64,000 nucleotides of DNA from a virus, in IMG/VR virus record IMGVR_UViG_3300034101_006340, positions 64,001 through 128,000 of that record. One strand, 5' to 3'. The position numbers and the translations under genes were made by a program. Position 1 is the stretch's first letter; the number at the start of each line of letters is the position of its first letter. Shown one piece after another: positions 1 through 9,261 of this stretch. Below the pieces are notes generated by a model. That model had not been told where the DNA came from, searched no databases, and was given only the letters and a program-made list of their open reading frames with translations.

Positions 1-2
1 TA

Positions 3-1433
3 GTTGATAATGATAAAATAGTGGGAGACTGGAGTAATATTGGAAAACAGTATATCAATACTTTTCACGATATTTTTGGTAAAGATAATTTTTTCTTAGA
101 ATCACAATTAATGGACAAAGATAATATCCCACTACAAGTAGAACTGTCTGATTGCATTAGACAACTAGGAAAAATAACTAACACTAAGGTTATCTGTACT
201 CCAGACGCTCACTATTGTCGTAAGTCCGATGCTGTTGATCAAAGAATACTATTGTGTAATAATCTTAAAACTACATTTCCAGAAATAAATAGAAAAATAG
301 CTAACAATCAGGAAGTTCCGTTAAGCGCATTTTTTATGTCAGATAATTTTCATATATTATCACAAGAAGAAATTGCTAATTTACATAGTGCAGAAGAGAT
401 AGAGAATACCAATTATGTAGATTCTATGTGCGAAGAATATGATATTCTTAGTAAACCTCATCTGCCTCCGTTTAGTTGTCCAGCTGGATACACAGATGCA
501 GAATACCTGAGACAACTGTGTCGTGATGGATGGAAAAATAAAATCGCAAATCATATATCAGAAAACGATCAGTCTATTTATGTGGATCGTATAAAATATG
601 AATTGAGCGTATTACAGGGCGCTAATTTGTCTAGTTATTTTTTAATTGTTCAAGATATTGTAAACCATGTTAGAAATCATGCTTGGCTTCCTGGTCCCGG
701 AAGAGGAAGTGCTGCTGGATGTTTAGTATCTTATCTTATTGGGATTACTAATATTGATCCTATTAAATATAATCTAATGTTTGATAGATTTTATAATGCT
801 GGTCGTAATAGTGCTAATCACATATCTATGCCAGATATTGATGTTGACGTTCCAATAGATAAGAGAGAACAAGTTATTCAATATATTAAAGATAAATATG
901 GTAATAATAAAGTTTCTCAAATGATAACGTTTAATACTATCAAAGGTAGAGGCGCATTAAAAGATGTCTTAAGAGTATATGGTCATATTTCTTTTGATGA
1001 AATGAACCAAATTACAAAACACATACCAGATGAAGCAAAGATTGCCGATGAATTACAAGAAATGAAAGAAGAAACAGGAGAAGCATCGATTATACGCTGG
1101 TCACTAGAGAATAATTCGGATAAGCTAAAAGAATGGTGTTGGATTGATGATAATGATGAGTTACAAGGTCCACTTGCCAAGCGTTTTGAGCAGGCTATTA
1201 GATTAGAGGGTACAAAGTCTAATCAATCAAAACATGCGGCTGGTATTGCCATCAGTTCCGATCCATTAAAAGACATATGTCCTATGGTGTATGATTCTAA
1301 AAACGATCAAATGATAGCCGGTATGGAGATGCAGGACTTGGAATCTATTGGAATTATTAAGTTTGATATTCTAGGTGTTGCTATGTTAGATAAAATTATG
1401 ACTATTCAACAACTTCTAAAAACAGGAGCATAA
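3..1433 (+). CDS. dnaE: DNA polymerase III alpha subunit, N-terminal half (PHP + palm); 5'-truncated by the window edge
   Basis: DAHY (PHP), GPGRGSAAGCLVSYLIGIT, MPDIDVD, SKHAAG and KFDILG motifs. The frame stays open from base 3 (VDNDKIVGDW...), so the true start lies upstream of the window. Confidence 0.95.
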   Translation, partial: VDNDKIVGDWSNIGKQYINTFHDIFGKDNFFLESQLMDKDNIPLQVELSDCIRQLGKITNTKVICTPDAHYCRKSDAVDQRILLCNNLKTTFPEINRKIANNQEVPLSAFFMSDNFHILSQEEIANLHSAEEIENTNYVDSMCEEYDILSKPHLPPFSCPAGYTDAEYLRQLCRDGWKNKIANHISENDQSIYVDRIKYELSVLQGANLSSYFLIVQDIVNHVRNHAWLPGPGRGSAAGCLVSYLIGITNIDPIKYNLMFDRFYNAGRNSANHISMPDIDVDVPIDKREQVIQYIKDKYGNNKVSQMITFNTIKGRGALKDVLRVYGHISFDEMNQITKHIPDEAKIADELQEMKEETGEASIIRWSLENNSDKLKEWCWIDDNDELQGPLAKRFEQAIRLEGTKSNQSKHAAGIAISSDPLKDICPMVYDSKNDQMIAGMEMQDLESIGIIKFDILGVAMLDKIMTIQQLLKTGA

Positions 1434-1435
1434 AT

Positions 1436-1612
1436 ATGAAATTTCACGAACTTAAAGTTGGTGATAAATTTGTACTAGACAATATAGAACATGAACGTAT
1501 CACCGACGAAAGAGTTAGTTGCTGCAAGGTTCTTAACGCTATTAATAAATCAACTAATGAAAAAATTATGGTAGTTCCTATAACAGAGGTTAATGTAGTA
1601 GAAAATTCATGA
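1436..1612 (+). CDS. Small hypothetical protein, 58 aa (MKFHELKVGDKFVLDNIEHERITDERVSCCKVLNAINKSTNEKIMVVPITEVNVVENS); not in the ORF track
   Basis: AGGAG at 1424-1428, ATG at 1436, and its TGA overlaps the next ATG (ATGA 1609-1612). It fills the gap exactly. Confidence 0.8.
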   Translation: MKFHELKVGDKFVLDNIEHERITDERVSCCKVLNAINKSTNEKIMVVPITEVNVVENS

Positions 1613-2301
1613 TTAACTATAATAAGATTTGTGTTTTTGACTTTGAAACAGATGGATCCGATCCAACAGAGTGTAGCCCAGTACAAATTGCTGCAATAAT
1701 CATTGACCCAATTTCTCTGGAGGTCGTTCCAGACTCGGAATTCAATATAAACTTTAAACCAGAAGTTTTATCCAATAATGATAGCTATGAATACCAAACA
1801 GATATTCTAGACTTTCATGCGAAAGTAAAGGGCTGTGCAAAACAAGATGTTTTAGATTTGTGGAAGAAGTATCCCCCACAACAACAATCATGGAAAATGT
1901 TTACAGAATATTTACTTAAATATCATAGTAGATCAAGTAAAAAAAGTGCATTTAGCGCACCTATCGCTGCTGGCTATAATATTCATAGATTCGATCTTAA
2001 AATTATAGACAGACTAAGCAAGAAATATGGAAATATCGATAAAGAGAGATGTAGCAATATATTTTTTAATAGAGATGTTATAGACGTAATGAATCTAGTA
2101 TTTTATTGGTTTGAGCACAATAATGATCTAAAAAGTTATTCTATGGATAATCTTAGAGATTATTTAGGAATATCCAAAGAGGGAGCGCACGATGCTCTAA
2201 AAGATGTTAAGGATTGTGCTGAGGTTTTGATTCGATTCATGAAGCTGCATCGTAGTTTGGGGTCTAAAGTAAAATTTAAGGATTCTTTTAATCAAAAATG
2301 A
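1609..2301 (+). CDS. dnaQ: DEDDh 3'-5' exonuclease (DnaQ/epsilon-like proofreading subunit)
   Basis: ExoI FDFETDG, ExoII GYNIHRFD and ExoIII HDALKD motifs; lies between the dnaE halves with ATGA overlaps at both ends. Confidence 0.88.
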   Translation: MINYNKICVFDFETDGSDPTECSPVQIAAIIIDPISLEVVPDSEFNINFKPEVLSNNDSYEYQTDILDFHAKVKGCAKQDVLDLWKKYPPQQQSWKMFTEYLLKYHSRSSKKSAFSAPIAAGYNIHRFDLKIIDRLSKKYGNIDKERCSNIFFNRDVIDVMNLVFYWFEHNNDLKSYSMDNLRDYLGISKEGAHDALKDVKDCAEVLIRFMKLHRSLGSKVKFKDSFNQK

Positions 2302-3923
2302 GTAAACAGTTTAAGTATTCTTGTGGATGTTCATTTAGTGTCATTGGCGAAAATAAAGATCAACCATTAATAGATTTTGATCCTATTAATCACGATATCA
2401 ATTTTGATTGCCATAAAACCTGGGATCTGATTTCTGATGGCAATACTAAGGGCTGCTTTCAATTGGAAAGTCGCCTAGGTAGATCAATGGCAAAAAAATT
2501 AAAGCCAACAAATATAGAACAACTATCGGCTTTAATTAGTATCTTAAGACCGGGATGCTTAGAAGCTATTAGAGATGGTAAAAGTGTAAGCAATCACTAT
2601 ATTGACAAAAAGAATGGACAGGAATCTATAGATTATTATCATAAGTGTTTAGAATCAATATTAGAAAAAACATATGGAGAAATGATTTATCAAGAACAGG
2701 CTATGGAAATTGCTAAAACTATAGCCGGATTCGATCTTCAAGAAGCCGATAATCTTCGCAAAGCCATCGGTAAAAAGAAGCCAGAAGAGATGTCTAAATT
2801 AAAACAAAAATTTATACAAGGCGCCAAAAAGCTTAATATTGTAGATGACAAACAATCCGAAGAAATTTTTAGCTGGATAGAAAAAAGTCAAAGATACTCT
2901 TTTAATAAGAGCCATGCGGTATCCTATGCCGTTAATGCTTACCTCTCTGCTTTTGCTAAAGCTCATTTTCCTAAAATATTTTTTGCTTCATATCTGAGAT
3001 TTGCTAAAGACAAAATAGATCCGAAATCCGAAATTAAAGAATTAGTACAAAACGCTAGTGAAATGGATATATCCGTTTGCGTCCCGGACTTAAGAAATCT
3101 TAACAGATTTTTTATTCTAAAAAATAATTGTATACATTTTGGTTTAACAGATATCAAGGGTTTCGGGGATTCTGTATTTAAGAAACTAACTGATATTGTT
3201 CAAAATAATAATATAGATCTTAATACAATGTCTTGGCCGCAAATACTTTTTGGTGTTTTATTAAAAATTAACTCTATGTCTGCTAAAGCTTTAATAAAAA
3301 GCGGAGGATTATCTTTCTTAAAAAAGACCAGAAGCAGTATGATGTTTGAATATGATATCGCTAGTTCTCTTACAAAAACAGAATTAGATTATATAAGTTC
3401 TAAAATAGATTTAACGCTCAATTTATATGATATTATTAGCCTATTAAAAAATAAAGAACGCATCACAAAAAAAAGACTAGATGTTTTAAATAGTTTTCTA
3501 CATGCAATTCTTTCTCCTCCGTATTCTATGGACGATAATCCAGAGTGGATATCTGATGCAGAAGAAGAGGTATTGGGGTGCAGTATCACTTGCTCGAAAG
3601 TAGACATGTATGATATTACAATGACTAACTGTAATTGTAAAGAATTTAAAACAACTCTTAATAAGGATAATATAATTGTATGTGGAGAAATTGAAAGTAT
3701 CAGTGTAACCAAAACCAAAACAGGAAAAAGTCCTGGTTCAGAAATGGCGTTTGTCTCAATATCTGATAGTTATGGATGTATTGATAGTGTAATCTTTTTT
3801 CCTGACGCATATAAAACACATCGAAATATTTTATTTGATAATAATGTAATTATTGTCAAAGGTAAAAAAAACAACACAGGCGACAGCTTGATTGTTGAAA
3901 AGGCTTATATACCAAGGACTTGA
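2298..3923 (+). CDS. dnaE: DNA polymerase III alpha subunit, C-terminal half (fingers, HhH, OB fold)
   Basis: GCFQLES, LRPG, IYQEQAM, ADNLRKAIGKKK, YSFNKSHAVSY, FGLTDIKGFG and a C-terminal OB fold (MAFVSISDSYG...VIFFPDAY). Confidence 0.95.
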   Translation: MSKQFKYSCGCSFSVIGENKDQPLIDFDPINHDINFDCHKTWDLISDGNTKGCFQLESRLGRSMAKKLKPTNIEQLSALISILRPGCLEAIRDGKSVSNHYIDKKNGQESIDYYHKCLESILEKTYGEMIYQEQAMEIAKTIAGFDLQEADNLRKAIGKKKPEEMSKLKQKFIQGAKKLNIVDDKQSEEIFSWIEKSQRYSFNKSHAVSYAVNAYLSAFAKAHFPKIFFASYLRFAKDKIDPKSEIKELVQNASEMDISVCVPDLRNLNRFFILKNNCIHFGLTDIKGFGDSVFKKLTDIVQNNNIDLNTMSWPQILFGVLLKINSMSAKALIKSGGLSFLKKTRSSMMFEYDIASSLTKTELDYISSKIDLTLNLYDIISLLKNKERITKKRLDVLNSFLHAILSPPYSMDDNPEWISDAEEEVLGCSITCSKVDMYDITMTNCNCKEFKTTLNKDNIIVCGEIESISVTKTKTGKSPGSEMAFVSISDSYGCIDSVIFFPDAYKTHRNILFDNNVIIVKGKKNNTGDSLIVEKAYIPRT

Positions 3924-3948
3924 CATTTTGTCTCAGCTATGGTATTAT
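3920..3948 (+). promoter_or_regulatory. Sigma70-type promoter for ssb (TTGACA-N17-TATTAT, extended -10 TG)
   Basis: TTGACA 3920-3925, 17-nt spacer, TG at 3940-3941, TATTAT 3943-3948; RBS AGGAG 3983-3987 before the ATG at 3994. Confidence 0.8.
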
Positions 3949-3993
3949 ATATTGTGTTTGGTTTTGGTTTGTAACTAACAATAGGAGATCAGT

Positions 3994-4359
3994 ATGAATA
4001 TAAATATATTACGCGGTAATCTAGCTCGTGATCCAGAAGTTCGTAGTGTCAACACTAATGGTAAGAGCACTTCGGTGGTCAACTTTACTATTGCTGTTTC
4101 GCGCGAATATACAAAGGCAAATGGAGAAAAGGATAAGATAACAACCTTTGTTCCATGTGAAGCATGGGATTCTGGTGCTGAGATTATTGGTCGTTCATTC
4201 AAGAAGGGTGATCTGGTGATGGTCGAAGGATCTCTCAGAAATGATTCATGGGAGAAGGATGGAGTTAAGCATAATTCTTTGAAGGTTAGAGTTAATAACT
4301 TTTCAAAGATAACCAAGCTATCAAGCAAGGCAGAGGAAAGTCAGCCTGTAGCGTTCTAA
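3994..4359 (+). CDS. ssb: Single-stranded DNA-binding protein
   Basis: LRGNLARDPEVR, VNFTIAVSR, CEAW, KKGDLVMVEGSLR: bacterial-type SSB OB fold with a short C-tail ending PVAF. Confidence 0.95.
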   Translation: MNINILRGNLARDPEVRSVNTNGKSTSVVNFTIAVSREYTKANGEKDKITTFVPCEAWDSGAEIIGRSFKKGDLVMVEGSLRNDSWEKDGVKHNSLKVRVNNFSKITKLSSKAEESQPVAF

Positions 4360-4367
4360 TAATGGTG

Positions 4368-4412
4368 ATTATCACGGGTGGTCTTCCTATAAGGCCACCT
4401 GTGATAATTTCT
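4368..4412 (+). terminator. Intrinsic terminator-like hairpin after ssb
   Basis: ATTATCACGGGTGGTCTT-CCTAT-AAGGCCACCTGTGATAAT forms an 18-bp stem with two G:U pairs that work only on the + transcript; followed by TTCTT. Confidence 0.7.
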
Positions 4413-4430
4413 TCTAATATAAAGATTATA

Positions 4431-6113
4431 ATGAGTAAAAAACTTAAAGTATTAATGGTTTCTGAAGCTAGTTTTCTTAGTTCTGGATTTGGAACATATA
4501 CTAAAGAGATTCTGTCTAGATTACATCAAACTGGCAAATATGAAATCGCAGAATTTGCCTGTTATGGTAAAGTTAATGATCCAAAAGATATCGAGATAGA
4601 CTGGAAATACTATGCTAATGCTGTAGAAGGAAATGATCCTCGCAGTCAAGAATATAATAGCTCGATGGAAAATCAGTTTGGTAAGTGGAGATTTGAGAGG
4701 GTTCTAATTGACTTTAAGCCAGATATTGTTATAGATGTTAGAGACTACTGGATGAGTGCTTATCAACAGTTTTCTCCCTTAAGACCATATTTTCATTGGA
4801 TCCTAATGCCAACGGTTGACTCTGCTCCTCAACAAGAAGAATGGATCGATACGTTTGTTCATACCGATGCTATTTTTACATATTCTGACTTTGGAAGAGA
4901 TACGCTTCTTCGTCAGAGTAATAATTCTATTAAATATATAGACACCACATCTCCGGGTGTGTCTCTACAAAACTTTCAATATTTACCCAAAGAATCCAGA
5001 CAACAACTAAGACAATTTTTTGGTATCGATCCAGAAGCCTTTGTTATAGGTTCGGTGATGAGAAACCAAAAACGCAAACTCATACCAGAACTTTTTGTTG
5101 CTCTCAAAGAATTTATTAAGTACCTAAAAGAGACTAATCATCCCAAAGCCGATAAAACTTTTCTTTATCTACACACAAGCTATCCGGATGCTGGATGGGA
5201 TCTTCCTCTTTTTCTTAAAGAATACGAGATTGGAAATAAGGTCCTATTCACGTATTCTTGCAAAAACTGCAAATTCTATAAGCCTTCTCTCTATCAGCAT
5301 CCATTAGCATTATGCCCCCGATGCGGACAAATGTCTATGAGTATGCCAAATGTTAGTAATGGTATTAGTCAACAAGAACTAAATACTATATATAATGTTA
5401 TGGATATTTATACTCAATATGCCATTTGTGAAGGGTTTGGTATGCCCCAAGTAGAAGCTGGTGCTGCTGGTGTTCCCATAGCTTCTGTTAACTATAGCGC
5501 TATGGAAGATATTGTACAATATTTAAAAGCATATCCAATAAAAGTTAATCAATTTTTTAGAGAACTAGAAACAAAAGCTATTAGAGTCTATCCTGATAAT
5601 GAGTCGTTGTTAGAAATATTAAAAAACTTTATAGAATTACCAGAATTTTTACAAGAACAAAAAAGACATGAGACCCGCAAATTGACAGAAGCAAGATACA
5701 ACTGGGATGATATTGCTAAGAAATGGGAAAAGTATTTAGACTCAGTTAAACTATCTAATCTTCAAGGAAAGTGGGATCAGATTTTACCACAAATAGCGGA
5801 AATCAATCCTCAAGAACTGGATCAATTTAAAGATCTTGCTCCGTCAGAACAGATTATGTCTATTGTGTCTCGTAAAATGGGTAATCATCCACTAATGACC
5901 TCAACCATGTTACTAAATATGATTAAAGATAGTGTTTATGGATTTACTATCAATGGTATACAAACACAACCGTACAATCTAGAACATGTTATTAATACTG
6001 TTAATAATTTGATAAAAAATCATAATATAGCTATGACAGCTTTAGCTAATGAAGATAAAATTTCTAAAGAAGATTTTATTAGCTATGCAGCTATGAAAGA
6101 GAATTTAAAATGA
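4431..6113 (+). CDS. GT-B fold glycosyltransferase (GT4-like) with an inserted Cys4 Zn-ribbon
   Basis: N-terminal KVLMVSEASFLSSGFG, VIGSVMRNQKRK, and intact EGFGMPQVEAGAAGVP (E-x7-E). Start moved from 4362 (which lies in the hairpin region) to the ATG at 4431. Confidence 0.88.
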   Translation: MSKKLKVLMVSEASFLSSGFGTYTKEILSRLHQTGKYEIAEFACYGKVNDPKDIEIDWKYYANAVEGNDPRSQEYNSSMENQFGKWRFERVLIDFKPDIVIDVRDYWMSAYQQFSPLRPYFHWILMPTVDSAPQQEEWIDTFVHTDAIFTYSDFGRDTLLRQSNNSIKYIDTTSPGVSLQNFQYLPKESRQQLRQFFGIDPEAFVIGSVMRNQKRKLIPELFVALKEFIKYLKETNHPKADKTFLYLHTSYPDAGWDLPLFLKEYEIGNKVLFTYSCKNCKFYKPSLYQHPLALCPRCGQMSMSMPNVSNGISQQELNTIYNVMDIYTQYAICEGFGMPQVEAGAAGVPIASVNYSAMEDIVQYLKAYPIKVNQFFRELETKAIRVYPDNESLLEILKNFIELPEFLQEQKRHETRKLTEARYNWDDIAKKWEKYLDSVKLSNLQGKWDQILPQIAEINPQELDQFKDLAPSEQIMSIVSRKMGNHPLMTSTMLLNMIKDSVYGFTINGIQTQPYNLEHVINTVNNLIKNHNIAMTALANEDKISKEDFISYAAMKENLK

Positions 6114-7249
6114 AAAAAGTATTATTTATAGGAACCTATCGTCAACAAGATTCTTGGGGTCGTGAAGCTAGAGACTATATAAAAGCTATGTTAACAAATT
6201 CAAATATAGCTTTGTCTACTAGACCAATATACTATACGAATATGGTGGAAACCAATATTGATAATGACATTTTAAAATGCGAACACTCAACATACGATGA
6301 ATATGACGTTCTTTTACAGTACGGTCTGACCTCTTCTTTTCATAATAGTCAAAAAGCAAAGAAAAATATCGGAATTGTTAACGTTGAATTTAGTAAAGGC
6401 GAGTCAGTATATAACAATTTAATACTTAATAGACTAGATGAAATTTATGTGTCTACAGAACCAGAAAAAAAAGCTCTAACTAATGGTGGTATAACCAAGC
6501 CCGTAAAAGTTATACCAAAACCCATGGATTTAGAAAAAATACCACCATTGCAAAAATCTAACTTGATAAAATTTCCTTCTGCCATAGATTCATCTTTTAA
6601 GTTTTATTCTAGATCTAATCATGATGAGCGATCTAATTTGCACTTATTAATTACTGCTTTTCATTTAGCTTTTTCGGAATTAGATAGGGTGTCTTTAATT
6701 ATAGCTCCAAGTTCTGATGCTTCAAACCAATCATCTACCATAAAAAACAATATAGAAAAACTTGCACAACAGATTAAAAGTAGCTTACATACCAATAAAG
6801 TATTTAAAAATGAAATAGTTTTTACAGATAATTTTAATCAAGATACAATCATTGGTATACATAATAGTTGTGATTGTTTTGTTAATATTAATAGCGGTTC
6901 TAATTTTGATCAAGAAACTTTGATAGCATCGTATCTTGGCAAAACACCAATTGTATTACAAAATACTGGCTTAGATTATTTAGTTGGAGGAGAAAAGGGT
7001 GGATTTATTGTTAAATCAGAAAATTCGCCAGTGGTTCTTGGTAAGCCACCACTACCAGAAGACTACGATTTATTCAATGCAAAATACTCATGGAGAACTC
7101 CAATAATCAGTAGTCTTATAGAAACCATGCAAAAGGTTTATAATATGTACAAGAACGATAGAAAAATGTACCAGGAAAAACAGAACTTTGGTTCAAATCA
7201 AATTAATCAATATTCCTATTCGAACGTAGGACAACAATTATGCAGTTAA
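6110..7249 (+). CDS. GT4-like glycosyltransferase homolog, catalytic motif apparently degenerate
   Basis: MKKVLFIG...SWGREARDYIKAM and NLHLLITAFHLAF...CDCFVNINSGSNFDQETLIASYLGKTPIV align with the GT4 C-domain but lack the canonical EGFG..E. Confidence 0.7.
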   Translation: MKKVLFIGTYRQQDSWGREARDYIKAMLTNSNIALSTRPIYYTNMVETNIDNDILKCEHSTYDEYDVLLQYGLTSSFHNSQKAKKNIGIVNVEFSKGESVYNNLILNRLDEIYVSTEPEKKALTNGGITKPVKVIPKPMDLEKIPPLQKSNLIKFPSAIDSSFKFYSRSNHDERSNLHLLITAFHLAFSELDRVSLIIAPSSDASNQSSTIKNNIEKLAQQIKSSLHTNKVFKNEIVFTDNFNQDTIIGIHNSCDCFVNINSGSNFDQETLIASYLGKTPIVLQNTGLDYLVGGEKGGFIVKSENSPVVLGKPPLPEDYDLFNAKYSWRTPIISSLIETMQKVYNMYKNDRKMYQEKQNFGSNQINQYSYSNVGQQLCS

Positions 7250-8142
7250 GCTTCATGATAGACAACACGGTATTTCGTACGACATCAACAAAAGTATTAC
7301 AAAAAAATATTGTGTACGAGCCTAAGAATAGTTTATTGGATAATTTTTTATATTTAACAGATGACAATTATTTTATCTTAGAAAATAATACTTATGCTAC
7401 TAATGTTGATAATGTAATTAATCTACCAAATAATCATATTGGATTATATAATTACCATTTTTTAATGACTCATAATATTGAAAAACATATCAATGATACT
7501 ATATCTGCTGGTATGCACATTCCTATTCTATTTATAATAGATCAAGTTAAAGCCTACAAAAAAGAAGATAAACATATTATACAGCAAAAATTAAATAATC
7601 ATACTAAATTATATCTTAATGAAAACTCATTCCAGTCTTTTAAGTCTAATCATAAATCTATTCTAACAAAAATTGGAATACCTGTAGAACATTTTCAGTC
7701 ATCATCTGACTTCGAACAAAGAAAAGACATTGCTATATTTGATTACGGATCAGTAACACAACAATTAAAGTTTGCGCTAGAACAAAACGGAATGTCTTGC
7801 ACATTAATAAATACAAAAATTAATTTAGAAACACTTAACTATCTTTTTAACCGACATAAAATATGTTTAGACATATCAGATAATTATCTAGTTAATCTAA
7901 TGTCGGCTTTATGTTGCGGATGTAGAACCATTACAACAAAAAATAATCCGGTAATATCGCCTTTTATAAATCATATTGATCTTAATGATAATATTATATC
8001 AACGATTAAAGAATTGTCTTCTTCTAAGCCGGACGTTAAAGAACAAGTTGAATATGTAAAAGAAAAATATCCCTTTGAACCATTTAAACAAACTCTAAAA
8101 CAAATTATTAACGATATTAGCCACGAGGTATATACCAAATGA
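7240..8142 (+). CDS. Hypothetical protein, degenerate GT-B-like
   Basis: C-terminal LFNRHKICLDISDNYLVNLMSALCCGCRTIT resembles GT-B 'LEAMACGCPVIT' without the glutamates. Confidence 0.5.
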   Translation: MQLSFMIDNTVFRTTSTKVLQKNIVYEPKNSLLDNFLYLTDDNYFILENNTYATNVDNVINLPNNHIGLYNYHFLMTHNIEKHINDTISAGMHIPILFIIDQVKAYKKEDKHIIQQKLNNHTKLYLNENSFQSFKSNHKSILTKIGIPVEHFQSSSDFEQRKDIAIFDYGSVTQQLKFALEQNGMSCTLINTKINLETLNYLFNRHKICLDISDNYLVNLMSALCCGCRTITTKNNPVISPFINHIDLNDNIISTIKELSSSKPDVKEQVEYVKEKYPFEPFKQTLKQIINDISHEVYTK

Positions 8143-8552
8143 ATAGGAATATTAATTTAATCATAGACGATAGCGGATCTATAGAAGGCTACCAAAATAT
8201 AAAAATTCAAGACCTAAATAATGTCATTAATGGATTTGTTAATAATATTATTTGTGAATGTCTTGATAAGATAGAATTTGCGCAAAGACTAGATGTGTTT
8301 AAGGCTATTTTGTCAAAACTAGCCTTTGATGGTACGGCTACATTTAAATGTATTAATGCTACAATGCTATCCAGTCGTATTCTGAAAAATGAGATAGATG
8401 CAAAAAAAATATCGGATATTATTAAAGATATAAATTCTTTATGGACAGAATCTCTGATCGTAGAAGCTTTTTCATCTTTTCCAAATATAGTAGTACAAAA
8501 AAATTACATTGAACACATATATACAGTAATTACTGTAACAAAAACACTATGA
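8139..8552 (+). CDS. Hypothetical protein, degenerate class I SAM-methyltransferase-like
   Basis: INLIIDDSGSIEGYQNI...IICECLDKI...ILSKLAFDGTATF follows the layout of short phage MTase-11-like proteins but lacks the GCG SAM-binding loop; ATGA-coupled at both ends. Confidence 0.45.
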   Translation: MNRNINLIIDDSGSIEGYQNIKIQDLNNVINGFVNNIICECLDKIEFAQRLDVFKAILSKLAFDGTATFKCINATMLSSRILKNEIDAKKISDIIKDINSLWTESLIVEAFSSFPNIVVQKNYIEHIYTVITVTKTL

Positions 8553-9253
8553 CAAAAATAGCTTGTTGTATTTTTGCACACGAAATAACAAAAGGCATGA
8601 AATCTTATGGATCTATTGGCCTATTGAAATCGAGCAACAAAACCAAGGAGCTTATATATTATTGTGTTAAATATATAAAAGGAGCAATACATAGTAAAAA
8701 TATCTTTGTTCTATTGGGCTTTGAAGAAGATAAGCTTATTAAAAAAATTAAAGAATATAATCTAATAACAGAAGATAATACTATAAGCAATATAGAGTAT
8801 ATAGAAAAAAATCAAGGCTATGCTTTTAAACTGGCATTAACAAAAATTCTACAAAACAATCACAACATAAACGGTGTTTTATTCTTTAATAGTAACAGTA
8901 TTATAAAAAAACTGCCAACCTATTCGACAAAAGAATCATGGATATTGATTGATAAAAAAATCAAAACACCCAGATATAATATTGGTTGTTTTATAGATGA
9001 AGACAATTATGTTCAACATTTGTTTTATGATTTAGGAGATAAATATTGGGCGGAAGCTGTTTATTTTACTATAGATGATCTTAAAAAAATGTATTCACAG
9101 ATGGATCTTTTGTATTATGATAATATGTTTTTATTTGAGATTATCAATACCACAATTGAAAAACAACTATTAAATATTAAAGCTATATATAATAATAAAA
9201 CAAGTAATATTATTAAAATTACTGGATTAAAAGATAAACATAAAATTAGATAA
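8549..9253 (+). CDS. Hypothetical protein, degenerate sugar nucleotidyltransferase-like (GT-A/NTP_transferase)
   Basis: CCIFAHEITKGMKSYGSIGLLK...IFVLLGFEEDKL resembles 'IILAAGxGxRMKSYGPKxLL...IIVVGF' but the Gly-rich loop and Lys are lost. Confidence 0.5.
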   Translation: MTKIACCIFAHEITKGMKSYGSIGLLKSSNKTKELIYYCVKYIKGAIHSKNIFVLLGFEEDKLIKKIKEYNLITEDNTISNIEYIEKNQGYAFKLALTKILQNNHNINGVLFFNSNSIIKKLPTYSTKESWILIDKKIKTPRYNIGCFIDEDNYVQHLFYDLGDKYWAEAVYFTIDDLKKMYSQMDLLYYDNMFLFEIINTTIEKQLLNIKAIYNNKTSNIIKITGLKDKHKIR

Positions 9254-9261
9254 GAGTTTAT

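Noticed and set aside
1380-2330. Split intein or group I intron joining the dnaE halves
   Set aside because: No Hint motifs at either end, no His-Asn terminus, and the intervening genes are an ordinary exonuclease and a small ORF coupled by ATGA overlaps rather than a homing endonuclease in an intron.
983-4328. Minus-strand ORFs over dnaE, the exonuclease and ssb (983-1180, 1444-1686, 2963-3157, 3389-3718, 3975-4328)
   Set aside because: They are antisense to clearly conserved genes and have no domain signal.
4362-4430. ORF-track start of the glycosyltransferase at 4362
   Set aside because: These codons run through the terminator hairpin; the GT-like sequence begins at the ATG at 4431.
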